49,397 bases of DNA from a virus. Taxonomy: Duplodnaviria; Heunggongvirae; Uroviricota; Caudoviricetes. The notes below the pieces were generated by a model. That model did not search any database and was not told the origin of the DNA. It was given only the letters and a program-made list of their open reading frames with translations. The stretch is from the IMG/VR virus record IMGVR_UViG_648861009_000005; one strand, 5' to 3'. Of this stretch, positions 28,307 to 38,564 are shown in pieces (the stretch's first letter is position 1; the number at the start of each line of letters is the position of its first letter). The position numbers and the translations under genes were made by a program.

Positions 28307-29744
28307 TCTTTCACACATTATTGCCGCAGCATTCAATGAACCGCTGCTTCTGGAGCCCGCCTATGCGCGGGTTTTCTTTTGCGCGCTCGGGCGCGAGATA
28401 GGGGCAGCAAGTCTTTCGGTACCACAACAACAGGTACAGCTTGATGCTCCCGGAATGCTGGCTGAAACGGACGAGTACATGGCCGGAGGTAAACGACCGG
28501 CCCGTGTTTACCGGGTGGTGAACGGTATTGCTGTACTGCCGGTGACCGGCACGCTGGTGCACCGGCTGGGCGGTATGCGGCCATTTTCCGGAATGACAGG
28601 CTATGACGGCATTGTCGCCTGTCTTCAGCAGGCAATGGCGGATAGCCAGGTGCGGGGCGTACTGCTGGACATTGACAGTCCGGGCGGGCAGGCCGCCGGC
28701 GCGTTTGACTGCGCTGACATGATTTACCGCCTCCGTCAGCAGAAGCCGGTCTGGGCACTGTGCAATGACACTGCCTGTTCTGCAGCCATGCTGCTGGCGT
28801 CGGCCTGCTCCCGACGGCTGGTTACCCAGACATCCCGTATCGGCTCCATTGGCGTGATGATGAGCCATGTCAGCTATGCCGGTCATCTGGCGCAGGCCGG
28901 TGTGGATATCACGCTGATTTATGCCGGGGCGCACAAGGTGGATGGCAATCAGTTTGAAGCGTTGCCGGCAGAGGTTCGCCAGGACATGCAGCAGCGGATT
29001 GATGCGGCGCACCGGATGTTTGCCGAAAAAGTGGCGATGTATACCGGGTTGTCTGTGGATGCGGTCACGGGAACAGAGGCCGCCGTTTTTGAAGGTCAGT
29101 CCGGCATTGAGGCCGGGCTGGCGGATGAATTAATCAATGCGTCGGATGCCATCAGTGTGATGGCCACGGCGCTGAACAGTAATGTCAGAGGAGGCACTAT
29201 GCCGCAATTAACTGCAACGGAAGCCGCCGTGCAGGAGAACCAGCGAGTGATGGGGATCCTGACATGCCAGGAAGCGAAAGGACGTGAACAGCTTGCCACG
29301 ATGCTGGCAGGGCAACAGGGCATGAGCGTTGAACAGGCCCGGGCGATTCTGGCCGCGGCGGCACCGCAGCAGCCGGTGGCATCCGCGCAGAGTGAAGCCG
29401 ATCGCATTATGGCGTGTGAAGAAGCGAACGGTCGTGAACAACTGGCGGCTGCACCACTGGCGGATGCCGGGCCCTCACTTCGTGATCAGATCATGGCCCT
29501 GGATGAGGCAAAAGGGGCAGAAGCGCAGGCTGAAAAACTGGCGGCCTGCCCGGGAATGACCGTGGAGAACGCCCGGGCTGTGCTGGCTGCGGGATCAGGT
29601 AAGGCCGAACCGGTCTCTGCATCCACAACCGCCCTGTTTGAACATTTCATGGCGAATCATTCACCGGCAGCGGTGCGGGGTGGCGTGTCACAGACGTCAG
29701 CAGACGGTGATGCGGACGTGAAAATGCTCATGGCCATGCCATGA
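28296..29744 (+). CDS. C: Prohead protease / minor capsid protein C (S49 ClpP-like), with in-frame nested scaffold (Nu3-like) region
   Basis: Similarity to lambda C (AFNEPL.LEPAYARVFFCAL, VNGIAVLPV.GTLV, SIGVMM.H). Confidence 0.9.
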   Translation: MRRNLSHIIAAAFNEPLLLEPAYARVFFCALGREIGAASLSVPQQQVQLDAPGMLAETDEYMAGGKRPARVYRVVNGIAVLPVTGTLVHRLGGMRPFSGMTGYDGIVACLQQAMADSQVRGVLLDIDSPGGQAAGAFDCADMIYRLRQQKPVWALCNDTACSAAMLLASACSRRLVTQTSRIGSIGVMMSHVSYAGHLAQAGVDITLIYAGAHKVDGNQFEALPAEVRQDMQQRIDAAHRMFAEKVAMYTGLSVDAVTGTEAAVFEGQSGIEAGLADELINASDAISVMATALNSNVRGGTMPQLTATEAAVQENQRVMGILTCQEAKGREQLATMLAGQQGMSVEQARAILAAAAPQQPVASAQSEADRIMACEEANGREQLAAAPLADAGPSLRDQIMALDEAKGAEAQAEKLAACPGMTVENARAVLAAGSGKAEPVSASTTALFEHFMANHSPAAVRGGVSQTSADGDADVKMLMAMP

Positions 29745-29780
29745 AGTCAGTGCTGACCATCAATATGAGGTTTTAACAAA

Positions 29781-30128
29781 ATGGTGACGAAAACCATCAC
29801 TGAACAGCGTGCGGAAGTACGTATTTTTGCCGGTAATGATCCGGCTCATACCGCCACAGGCAGCAGCGGGATTTCTTCCGCAACACCGGCTCTGACGCCC
29901 CTGATGCTGGATGAAGCCACCGGGAAACTGGTGGTCTGGGATGGACAGAAAGCCGGTAGTGCGGTTGGCATACTGGTACTGCCGCTTGAAGGCACAGAGA
30001 CAGCGCTGACGTATTACAAGTCGGGAACCTTTGCGACGGAGGCAATCCACTGGCCTGAAAGTGTGGATGAACACAAAAAGGCAAATGCCTTTGCCGGCAC
30101 AGCCCTGAGTCACGCGGCTCTGCCGTAA
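29781..30128 (+). CDS. D: Head decoration protein D
   Basis: DPAHTAT..GG.S...PA.TPLMLD and YKSGTF...WPE matches lambda D. Confidence 0.9.
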   Translation: MVTKTITEQRAEVRIFAGNDPAHTATGSSGISSATPALTPLMLDEATGKLVVWDGQKAGSAVGILVLPLEGTETALTYYKSGTFATEAIHWPESVDEHKKANAFAGTALSHAALP

Positions 30129-30185
30129 CACGTTATCAGGCCACCATGGTGGCCTGACTGATTTCTGAATGAAAGGAACTGATTT

Positions 30186-31214
30186 ATGGGATTGTTTACG
30201 ACCCGCCAGTTACTCGGTTATACCGAACAAAAAGTTAAATTCCGTGCGCTATTTCTGGAGCTGTTTTTCCGCCGTACGGTGAATTTCCACACCGAAGAGG
30301 TGATGCTGGACAAAATTACCGGAAAAACGCCGGTGGCGGCCTATGTCTCCCCGATCGTTGAAGGAAAAGTGCTGCGCCATCGTGGTGGTGAAACCCGCGT
30401 GTTGCGTCCGGGCTACGTCAAGCCGAAACACGAATTTAATTACCAGCAGGCGGTTGAGCGCCTTCCTGGTGAAGATCCATCTCAACTGAATGATCCGGCT
30501 TACCGCCGTCTGCGTATCATTACCGATAACCTCAAACAGGAAGAGCACGCCATTGTCCAGGTGGAAGAAATGCAGGCGGTAAATGCTGTGTTGTATGGCA
30601 AATACACCATGGAAGGAGACCAGTTCGAGAAAATTGAGGTCGATTTTGGCAGGTCGACGAAGAATAACATCACTCAGGGTAGTGGTAAGGAGTGGTCAAA
30701 ACAGGATCGTGACACGTTCGATCCTACACATGATATTGACCTCTACTGCGACCAGGCCAGCGGTCTTGTGAATATTGCCATTATGGACGGTACCGGCTGG
30801 CGTCTTCTGAATGGTTTTAAGCTGTTCCGCGAAAAACTGGATACCCGTCGCGGTTCAAATTCTCAACTCGAAACGGCAGTGAAAGATCTGGGCGCAGTGG
30901 TGTCCTTCAAGGGGTATTACGGCGATCTGGCCATTGTGGTGGCGAAAACGTCTTATATAGCAGAAGACGGTATCGAAAAACGTTATCTTCCAGATGGCAT
31001 GCTGGTTCTGGGGAATACTGCTGCAGATGGGATCCGTTGTTACGGTGCCATTCAGGATGCTCAGGCGTTGTCCGAAGGTGTGGTGGCCTCTTCCCGTTAT
31101 CCGAAACACTGGCTGACGGTAGGGGATCCCGCCCGTGAATTTACCATGACGCAGTCCGCGCCGCTGATGGTGTTGCCGGACCCGGATGAGTTTGTGGTGG
31201 TACAGGTGAAATAA
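30186..31214 (+). CDS. E: Major capsid protein E
   Basis: High similarity to lambda E over the full length. Confidence 0.95.
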   Translation: MGLFTTRQLLGYTEQKVKFRALFLELFFRRTVNFHTEEVMLDKITGKTPVAAYVSPIVEGKVLRHRGGETRVLRPGYVKPKHEFNYQQAVERLPGEDPSQLNDPAYRRLRIITDNLKQEEHAIVQVEEMQAVNAVLYGKYTMEGDQFEKIEVDFGRSTKNNITQGSGKEWSKQDRDTFDPTHDIDLYCDQASGLVNIAIMDGTGWRLLNGFKLFREKLDTRRGSNSQLETAVKDLGAVVSFKGYYGDLAIVVAKTSYIAEDGIEKRYLPDGMLVLGNTAADGIRCYGAIQDAQALSEGVVASSRYPKHWLTVGDPAREFTMTQSAPLMVLPDPDEFVVVQVK

Positions 31215-31265
31215 TCCGTGAGCGGGGGCGAAATGCCCCCGTGTCTTTTTTCACAGGGGGCTGAT

Positions 31266-31640
31266 ATGGCAACGAAAGAGCAAAATCTGAAACGGCTTGA
31301 TGAACTGGCCCTGATTCTGGGGCGTGAGCCGGATATATCCGGGAGTGCCGCAGAGATAGCGCAGCGGGTGGCAGAATGGGAAGAGGAAATGCAGTCATCC
31401 GGCGATGATGTACAGGTTATGAATATGGATATCCGGGAGCGGGAAACCGCGGCTCATGATGTTCGTGAGGAAACATCCGGCGCGTTAACGCGCATCAGAG
31501 TTCTGACCTGCCTCCATCTCTGTGGCGTTGATGGTGAAACGGGGGAATCCGTTGAGCTTGCGGATGTTGGTCGGGTGATTCTGATTATGTCCTCAGATGC
31601 AAAAACACACGTTGATGGTGGAATGGCTGTTTATGCGTGA
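31266..31640 (+). CDS. FI: DNA-packaging protein FI
   Basis: Position between E and FII; AGGGGG RBS; loose similarity to lambda FI. Confidence 0.65.
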   Translation: MATKEQNLKRLDELALILGREPDISGSAAEIAQRVAEWEEEMQSSGDDVQVMNMDIRERETAAHDVREETSGALTRIRVLTCLHLCGVDGETGESVELADVGRVILIMSSDAKTHVDGGMAVYA

Positions 31641-31986
31641 TTTTCAGAATGCCTTTGATGCCGCCCTTGCCGGGGTGGACAGTACGATTGTTGAAGTGAT
31701 GGGGATCCGTGCGCAGTTCACCTCCGGAGCACAACGTGGCGGCGAAGTTCAGGGGGTTTTTGACGATCCGGAGTCGCTGGGTTTTGCCGGTGGCGGGGTC
31801 CGTATTGAAGGAAGCAGCCCGTCATTATTTGTGCGGACGGATACGGTGCGTGCCGTGCGGCGTGGTGACACGCTGACCATTAACGGCGAGATGTTCTGGG
31901 TGGATCGTGTTTCTCCGGATGACGGGGGAAGCTGTTATCTCTGGCTCAACCGTGGGCAACCACCCGCTGTTAACCGGCGACGATAA
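31633..31986 (+). CDS. FII: Head-tail connector FII
   Basis: RGVFDDPE...G.GVR.EGSSPSLFVRTD.VR..RRGDTLTI....FWVDRVSPDDGGSC.LWL.RG.PPAVNRRR matches lambda FII. Confidence 0.85.
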   Translation: MRDFQNAFDAALAGVDSTIVEVMGIRAQFTSGAQRGGEVQGVFDDPESLGFAGGGVRIEGSSPSLFVRTDTVRAVRRGDTLTINGEMFWVDRVSPDDGGSCYLWLNRGQPPAVNRRR

Positions 31987-32001
31987 ACGCAGGGGGAAAT
32001 T

Positions 32002-32535
32002 ATGGCGATAAAAGGGCTTGATCAGGCGATTGATAATCTGAGCCGGGTTCGTAAAAACGCCATTCCGGCGGCTTCAGCAATGACGATTAACCGCGTGGCC
32101 ACAACGGCGATTAATCAGTCTTCATCACAGGTTGCCCGGGAGACAAAGGTACGCCGGAAACTGGTTAAGGAACGGTCCAGACTGAAACGGGCGACGGTCA
32201 GAAATCCGAACGCAAAAATTATCGTTAACCGCGGTGATCTTCCAGTGATTAAGCTGGGGATCAGGATGCTGGGCCGTCGTCCGAACAGCATACTTAAAGC
32301 CGGTCAGCATCGGTATCAGCGGGCATTCATTCAGCGATTAAAAAACGGTCGCTGGCATGTCATGCAGCGTGTGGCCGGGAAAAACCGTTACCCTATTGAT
32401 GTGGTGAAAATCCCGATGGCGGCCCCACTGAAACAGGCGTTTGATGAGAATGTTGACCGTATCCGGCGTGAACGCCTGCCCGGAGAACTGGCATCCGCGC
32501 TGAAACAACAACTGAGGATTGCGATAAAACGATGA
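32002..32535 (+). CDS. Z: Minor tail protein Z
   Basis: Similarity to lambda Z. Confidence 0.9.
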   Translation: MAIKGLDQAIDNLSRVRKNAIPAASAMTINRVATTAINQSSSQVARETKVRRKLVKERSRLKRATVRNPNAKIIVNRGDLPVIKLGIRMLGRRPNSILKAGQHRYQRAFIQRLKNGRWHVMQRVAGKNRYPIDVVKIPMAAPLKQAFDENVDRIRRERLPGELASALKQQLRIAIKR

Positions 32536-32927
32536 AACACACTGATATCCGTGCTGCAGTGCTGGATGCACTCGAGCAGCATGAACACGGGGCGACGCTG
32601 TTTGATGGTCGCCCCGTTGTTTTTGACGAAGAGGATTTTCCTGCGATCGCGGTTTATCTGACGGATGCAGAGTATACCGGTGAAGAGCTGGATGCAGATA
32701 CCTGGCGGGCCACACTGCATATTGAGGTGTTTTTACCGGCACAGGTACCGGATTCAGAGCTTGATCAGTGGATGGAAAGCCGGATTTATCCGGCGATGAC
32801 TGCGATCCCGGCACTGGCAGGACTGATTACCACGATGGTTACGCAGGGCTATGAGTATCGTCGTGATGACGATATGGCGTTATGGAGCTCTGCGGATCTG
32901 ACTTATTCCATTACATACGAGATGTGA
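32532..32927 (+). CDS. U: Tail terminator protein U
   Basis: Similarity to lambda U. Confidence 0.9.
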   Translation: MKHTDIRAAVLDALEQHEHGATLFDGRPVVFDEEDFPAIAVYLTDAEYTGEELDADTWRATLHIEVFLPAQVPDSELDQWMESRIYPAMTAIPALAGLITTMVTQGYEYRRDDDMALWSSADLTYSITYEM

Positions 32928-32934
32928 GGACGAT

Positions 32935-33684
32935 ATGGCAACACCAAATCCCCTGGAGCCGGTAAAAGGTGCCGGTACCACTCTGTGGGTTTACAACGGC
33001 AAGGGTGATGCTTATGCAAACCCGTTGTCAGACGCTGACTGGCAGCGACTGGCTAAGGTGAAGGATCTGACGCCGGGCGAGATGACGGCAGAATCCTACG
33101 ATGATAACTACCTGGATGATGAAGACGCAGACTGGACCGCGACCGGGCAGGGGCAGAAATCTGCAGGTGATACCAGTTTTACGCTGGCCTGGAAACCGGG
33201 AGAGGAAGGTCAGAAAGGGCTTATAGGCTGGTTTGAAAGCGGCGATGTCCGGGCCTATAAAATCCGTTTTCCGAATGGCACGGTGGATGTGTTTCGTGGC
33301 TGGGTCAGCAGTATCGGTAAGGCCGTGACGGCGAAAGAAGTGATCACCCGCACGGTGAAAGTCACTAACGTGGGTAAACCTTCTGTAGCGGAAGAACGCA
33401 GCAAAATTACGCCGGTCAGTGCGATTAAGGTGACGCCGACATCCGGTACGGTGGCAAAAGGGAAAACAACCACCCTGACCGTTACTGTGGAACCGGAAAA
33501 TGCAACGGATAAGACATTCAGGGCGATTTCCGCCGATCCATCAAAAGCCACCATTAGCGTGAAAGATATGACGATTACTGTGACGGGGGTTAAGGATGGA
33601 AAAGTCAGCATCCCTGTGATTTCCGGTAATGGTCAGTTTGCTGCGGTGGCTGAAATTACCGTTAATAATGTGCCGGGTAGCTAA
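32935..33684 (+). CDS. V: Major tail tube protein V with C-terminal Ig-like domain
   Basis: Similarity to lambda V. Confidence 0.9.
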   Translation: MATPNPLEPVKGAGTTLWVYNGKGDAYANPLSDADWQRLAKVKDLTPGEMTAESYDDNYLDDEDADWTATGQGQKSAGDTSFTLAWKPGEEGQKGLIGWFESGDVRAYKIRFPNGTVDVFRGWVSSIGKAVTAKEVITRTVKVTNVGKPSVAEERSKITPVSAIKVTPTSGTVAKGKTTTLTVTVEPENATDKTFRAISADPSKATISVKDMTITVTGVKDGKVSIPVISGNGQFAAVAEITVNNVPGS

Positions 33685-33702
33685 AGAGCTGAGAGATAAG
33701 CG

Positions 33703-34134
33703 ATGTTCCTGAAAACAGAACAATTTGAATATAACGGTGTATCCGTCACGCTTTCTGAGCTGTCTGCGCTGCAGCGTATTGAGCATCTTGCCCTCCTGAA
33801 ACGGCGGGCAGAAGAGGCTGAAGCCAGCGGCAACCTGCAGGTGAGTGTGGAAGATCTTGTCAGAACCGGCGCGTTTCTGGTGGCGATGTCCCTGTGGCAT
33901 AACCATCCACAGAAAACGCAGTCACCGTCAATGAATGAGGCCGTGATGAAGATAGAGCAGGAAGTGCTCACCACCTGGCCTGCTGATGCCATTGCCCGGG
34001 CGGAAGACGTGGTGTTGCGTCTGTCCGGGATGATCGAAGCTGTTCGTCCGGATACTGATATTACTGAAGTGGCGAAAAATAACACGCTGACTGATGATGA
34101 TTTTTCTGCGGGAAAGTCTTCGACGGTGAGCTGA
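33703..34134 (+). CDS. G: Tail assembly chaperone G
   Basis: Similarity to lambda G; slippery GGGAAAG at 34110-34116 near the 3' end. Confidence 0.85.
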   Translation: MFLKTEQFEYNGVSVTLSELSALQRIEHLALLKRRAEEAEASGNLQVSVEDLVRTGAFLVAMSLWHNHPQKTQSPSMNEAVMKIEQEVLTTWPADAIARAEDVVLRLSGMIEAVRPDTDITEVAKNNTLTDDDFSAGKSSTVS

Positions 34135-34574
34135 ACTTTGCCCTCAGACTGGCGCGTGAGATGGGGAGACCCGACTGGCGCGCCATGCTTGCCGGGATGA
34201 CATCCACCGAATATGCCGACTGGCACCGTTTTTACCGCACGCATTATTTTCAGGATACCCAGCTGGATATGCATTTTTCCGGGCTGACGTACGCTGTACT
34301 CAGCCTGTTTTTTTGCGATCCGGATATGCATCCCTCTGATTTCAGTCTGCTTGTCCCCCGGCATGAGGAAGAGCAGGTGGAGAGGCCGGATGAGGACAAA
34401 ATGCTGATGCAGAAAGCGGCAGGACTTGCCGGAGGCGTCCGGTTCGGTGGGGACGGAGGGGGCGATATTTTATCGTCTGCGGATGTGGCGGATGTCATGG
34501 TGGATGATGCCGCATTAATGATGGCTTCAGCGGGGATTCCGGGAGGTGTGAGATATGTCCCAGCCGGTTGGTGA
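33703..34574 (+). CDS. T: Tail assembly chaperone G-T fusion via programmed -1 frameshift
   Basis: The -1 frame downstream of GGGAAAG encodes a lambda T-like sequence (MGRPDWRAMLAGM.STEYADWHRFY.THYF); the ORF-track start at 34161 is not a real initiation codon. Confidence 0.7.
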
Positions 34575-37530
34575 TCTTGTTATTGACCTGAGTCTGGATG
34601 CGGTCCGTTTCGATGAGCAGATGAGCCGGGTAAGGCGTCATTTTTCAGGTCTGGATACTGACGCCAGAAAAACCGCAACTGTCGTTGAGCAGGGGCTGAG
34701 CCACCAGGCGCTGGCTGCACAAAAAGCAGGGATTTCCGTCGGGCAGTATAAAGCGGCCATGCGAACCCTGCCCGCACAGTTTACGGATATCGCCACGCAG
34801 CTTGCCGGTGGTCAGAATCCCTGGCTGATCCTGCTGCAACAGGGCGGTCAGGTGAAGGACTCCTTCGGCGGGATGATCCCCATGTTCAGGGGGCTTGCCG
34901 GTGCGATCACCCTGCCGATGGTCGGGGTCACCTCGCTGGCGGTGGCGACAGGTGCGCTGGTGTACGCCTGGTACCAGGGAGATTCCACGCTTTCAGCGTT
35001 TAATAAAACCCTGGTTCTTTCCGGTAATCAGTCCGGACTGACTGCCGATCGCATGCTGACGCTCTCCAGAGCCGGACAGGCCGCAGGGCTGACGTTTAAC
35101 CAGGCGAGTGAGTCACTGGCAGCCATGGTGAATGCCGGTGTGCGTGGTGGTGAACAGTTTGATGCCATCAACCAGAGTGTCGCGCGTTTTGCTTCTGCAT
35201 CCGGTGTGGAGGTGGACAAGGTTGCAGAGGCTTTCGGAAAACTGACCACTGACCCGACGTCGGGGCTGATTGCGATGGCGAAGCAGTTCCATAACGTGAC
35301 GGCGGAGCAGATTGCGTATGTTGCTCAGTTGCAGCGTTCCGGCGATGAAACCGGGGCATTGCAGGCGGCGAACGAGGCCGCAACGAAAGGGTTTGATGAC
35401 CAGACCCGCCGCCTGAAAGAGAACATGGGCACGCTGGAGACCTGGGCAGACAGGACAGCGCGGGCATTCAAATCCATGTGGGATGCGGTGCTGGATATTG
35501 GTCGTCCTGATACCGCGCAGGAGATGCTGATTAAGGCAGAGGCTGCGTTTAAGAAAGCAGACGACATCTGGAATCTGCGCAAGGATGATTATTTTGTTAA
35601 CGATGAAGCGCGGGCGCGTTACTGGGATGATCGTGAAAAGGCCCGTCTTGCGCTTGAAGCCGCCCGAAAGAAGGCTGAGCAGCAGACTCAACAGGACAAA
35701 AATGCGCAGCAGCAGAGCGATACCGAAGCGTCACGGCTGAAATATACCGAAGAGGCGCAGAAGGCTTACGAACGGCTGCAGACGCCGCTGGAGAAATATA
35801 CCGCCCGTCAGGAAGAACTGAACAAGGCACTGAAAGACGGGAAAATCCTGCAGGCGGATTACAACACGCTGATGGCGGCGGCGAAAAAGGATTATGAAGC
35901 GACGCTGAAAAAGCCGAAACAGTCCGGCGTGAAGGTGTCTGCGGGCGATCGTCAGGAAGACAGTGCTCATGCTGCCCTGCTGACGCTTCAGGCAGAACTC
36001 CGGACGCTGGAGAAGCATGCCGGAGCGAATGAGAAAATCAGCCAGCAGCGCCGGGATTTGTGGAAGGCGGAGAGTCAGTTCGCGGTACTGGAGGAGGCGG
36101 CGCAACGTCGCCAGCTGTCTGCACAGGAGAAATCCCTGCTGGCGCATAAAGANNNNNNNNNNNNNNNNNNNNNNNNNNNNNNNNNNNNNNNNNNNNNNNN
36201 NNNNNNNNNNNNNNNNNNNNNNNNNNNNNNNNNNNNNNNNNNNNNNNNNNNNNNNNNNNNNNNNNNNNNNNNNNNNNNNNNNNNNNNNNNNNNNNNNNNN
36301 NNNNNNNNNNNNNNNNNNNNNNNNNNNNNNNNNNNNNNNNNNNNNNNNNNNNNNNNNNNNNNNNNNNNNNNNNNNNNNNNNNATGCTGCCCTGCTGACGC
36401 TTCAGGCAGAACTCCGGACGCTGGAGAAGCATGCCGGAGCGAATGAGAAAATCAGCCAGCAGCGCCGGGATTTGTGGAAGGCGGAGAGTCAGTTCGCGGT
36501 ACTGGAGGAGGCGGCGCAACGTCGCCAGCTGTCTGCACAGGAGAAATCCCTGCTGGCGCATAAAGATGAGACGCTGGAGTACAAACGCCAGCTGGCTGCA
36601 CTTGGCGACAAGGTTACGTATCAGGAGCGCCTGAACGCGCTGGCGCAGCAGGCGGATAAATTCGCACAGCAGCAACGGGCAAAACGGGCCGCCATTGATG
36701 CGAAAAGCCGGGGGCTGACTGACCGGCAGGCAGAACGGGAAGCCACGGAACAGCGCCTGAAGGAACAGTATGGCGATAATCCGCTGGCGCTGAATAACGT
36801 CATGTCAGAGCAGAAAAAGACCTGGGCGGCTGAAGACCTGCTTCGCGGGAACTGGATGGCAGGCCTCAGGTCCGGCTGGAGTGAGTGGGAAGAGAGTGCC
36901 ACGGACAGTATGTCGCAGGTAAAAAGTGCTGCCACGCAGACCTTTGATGGTATTGCACAGAATATGGCGGCGATGCTGACCGGCAGTGAGCAGAACTGGC
37001 GCAGCTTCACCCGCTCCGTGCTGTCCATGATGACAGAAATTCTGCTGAAGCAGGCAATGGTGGGGATTGTCGGGAGTATCGGCAGCGCTATTGGCGGGGC
37101 TGTTGGTGGTGGCGCATCCGCGTCAGGCGGTACAGCCATTCAGGCAGCTGCGGCGAAATTCCATTTTGCGACCGGAGGATTTACGGGAACCGGCGGCAAA
37201 TATGAGCCAGCGGGGATTGTCCACCGCGGGGAGTTTGTCTTCACGAAGGAGGCAACCAGCCGGATTGGTGTCGGGAACCTGTACCGCCTGATGCGGGGCT
37301 ATGCGGAAGGGGGGTATGTGGGTGCTGCCGGAAGTCCGGCGCAGATGCGGCGGGCCGAAGGCATTAATTTTAATCAGAACAATCACGTGGTGATTCAGAA
37401 CGACGGTATCAACGGACAGGCCGGGCCGCAGCTGATGAAAGCGGTGTATGAGATGGCCCGTAAAGGTGCGCAGGATGAGCTCCGGCTGCAGTTGCGTGAT
37501 GGCGGTCTGTTATCGGGGAGCGGGCGATGA
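34555..37530 (+). CDS. H: Tape measure protein H (contains a scaffold gap and an artefactual duplication)
   Basis: Similarity to lambda H; the 991-codon ORF minus 230 N and the 184-nt duplication is close to the 853 aa I recall for lambda H. Confidence 0.9.
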   Translation: MSQPVGDLVIDLSLDAVRFDEQMSRVRRHFSGLDTDARKTATVVEQGLSHQALAAQKAGISVGQYKAAMRTLPAQFTDIATQLAGGQNPWLILLQQGGQVKDSFGGMIPMFRGLAGAITLPMVGVTSLAVATGALVYAWYQGDSTLSAFNKTLVLSGNQSGLTADRMLTLSRAGQAAGLTFNQASESLAAMVNAGVRGGEQFDAINQSVARFASASGVEVDKVAEAFGKLTTDPTSGLIAMAKQFHNVTAEQIAYVAQLQRSGDETGALQAANEAATKGFDDQTRRLKENMGTLETWADRTARAFKSMWDAVLDIGRPDTAQEMLIKAEAAFKKADDIWNLRKDDYFVNDEARARYWDDREKARLALEAARKKAEQQTQQDKNAQQQSDTEASRLKYTEEAQKAYERLQTPLEKYTARQEELNKALKDGKILQADYNTLMAAAKKDYEATLKKPKQSGVKVSAGDRQEDSAHAALLTLQAELRTLEKHAGANEKISQQRRDLWKAESQFAVLEEAAQRRQLSAQEKSLLAHKXXXXXXXXXXXXXXXXXXXXXXXXXXXXXXXXXXXXXXXXXXXXXXXXXXXXXXXXXXXXXXXXXXXXXXXXXXXXXXAALLTLQAELRTLEKHAGANEKISQQRRDLWKAESQFAVLEEAAQRRQLSAQEKSLLAHKDETLEYKRQLAALGDKVTYQERLNALAQQADKFAQQQRAKRAAIDAKSRGLTDRQAEREATEQRLKEQYGDNPLALNNVMSEQKKTWAAEDLLRGNWMAGLRSGWSEWEESATDSMSQVKSAATQTFDGIAQNMAAMLTGSEQNWRSFTRSVLSMMTEILLKQAMVGIVGSIGSAIGGAVGGGASASGGTAIQAAAAKFHFATGGFTGTGGKYEPAGIVHRGEFVFTKEATSRIGVGNLYRLMRGYAEGGYVGAAGSPAQMRRAEGINFNQNNHVVIQNDGINGQAGPQLMKAVYEMARKGAQDELRLQLRDGGLLSGSGR
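36153..36382. other. Assembly gap (230 N) with duplicated flanks
   Basis: 35969-36152 is identical to 36383-36566. Confidence 0.9.
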
Positions 37531-37856
37531 AAACATTTCGCTGGAAAGTGAAGCCGGATATGGAGGTGAACTCGCAGCCATCGGTGCGTGAAGTGCGTTT
37601 TGGTGACGGGTACTCACAGCGTATGGCGGCAGGGCTGAATGCTGACCTGAAAACATACAGGGTGACGCTTTCCGTGACCCGGGAGGAGGCCCGGCATCTG
37701 GAAGCGTTCCTGGCAGAGCACGGTGGCTGGAAGGCATTTTTGTGGAAGCCACCCTATGCATACCGGCAGATAAAGGTGATCTGTGCCGGGTGGTCTGCGC
37801 GGGTCGGGATGTTGCGCGTTGAGTTCAGCGCGGAGTTTAAGCAGGTGGTGAACTGA
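37527..37856 (+). CDS. M: Minor tail protein M
   Basis: Similarity to lambda M. Confidence 0.9.
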   Translation: MKTFRWKVKPDMEVNSQPSVREVRFGDGYSQRMAAGLNADLKTYRVTLSVTREEARHLEAFLAEHGGWKAFLWKPPYAYRQIKVICAGWSARVGMLRVEFSAEFKQVVN

Positions 37857-38554
37857 TGCAGGATATTCACGAAGAAAGTCTGAACGAGTCGGTTAAGTCA
37901 GAGCAGTCACCGCGGGTGGTACTCTGGGAAATCGACCTGACGGTGCAGGGCGGTGAGCGGTATTTTTTCTGCAATGAGCTGAATGAAAAAGGGGAGCCGG
38001 TGACCTGGCAGGGGCGTGAATATCAGGCGTACCCGATTGAGGGGAGTGGCTTTGAGATGAGCGGGAAGGGCAGCAGTGCCAGACCGTCGCTGACGGTGTC
38101 CAATCTGTTCGGTCTGGTCACCGGGATGGCGGAAGACCTGCAGAGTCTGGTGGGGGCCACGGTGGTCCGCCGCCGGGTGTATGCCCGTTTTCTGGATGCG
38201 GTGAATTTCGTTGCGGGCAATCCGGAGGCCGACCCGGAGCAGGAGCTGACGGACCGGTGGGTGGTGGAGCAGATGTCAGCGCTGACAGCCATGACGGCCT
38301 CGTTTGTGCTGGCCACACCGACCGAGACGGACGGGGCGCTGTTTCCCGGTCGTATCATGCTGGCGAACACCTGTATGTGGACCTACCGCTCTGATGAGTG
38401 TGGTTACACGGGCGGGGCTGTGGCGGATGAGTTCGATAAACCCACCACGGATATCCGTAAGGACAGATGCAGCAAGTGCATGCGCGGGTGTGAACTGCGC
38501 AGGAATGTCGGCAATTTTGGCGGTTTCCTTTCCATTAATAAACTTTCGCAGTAA
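37856..38554 (+). CDS. L: Minor tail protein L
   Basis: Similarity to lambda L, including the C-terminal Cys cluster. Confidence 0.9.
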   Translation: MQDIHEESLNESVKSEQSPRVVLWEIDLTVQGGERYFFCNELNEKGEPVTWQGREYQAYPIEGSGFEMSGKGSSARPSLTVSNLFGLVTGMAEDLQSLVGATVVRRRVYARFLDAVNFVAGNPEADPEQELTDRWVVEQMSALTAMTASFVLATPTETDGALFPGRIMLANTCMWTYRSDECGYTGGAVADEFDKPTTDIRKDRCSKCMRGCELRRNVGNFGGFLSINKLSQ

Positions 38555-38564
38555 ATCCCGGTTT

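Noticed and set aside
28311-29012. 233-aa minus-strand ORF within gene C
   Set aside because: Antisense shadow within the conserved protease/scaffold gene.
35731-36675. 314-aa minus-strand ORF inside the tape-measure gene
   Set aside because: Antisense to H and spans the N-run; artefact.
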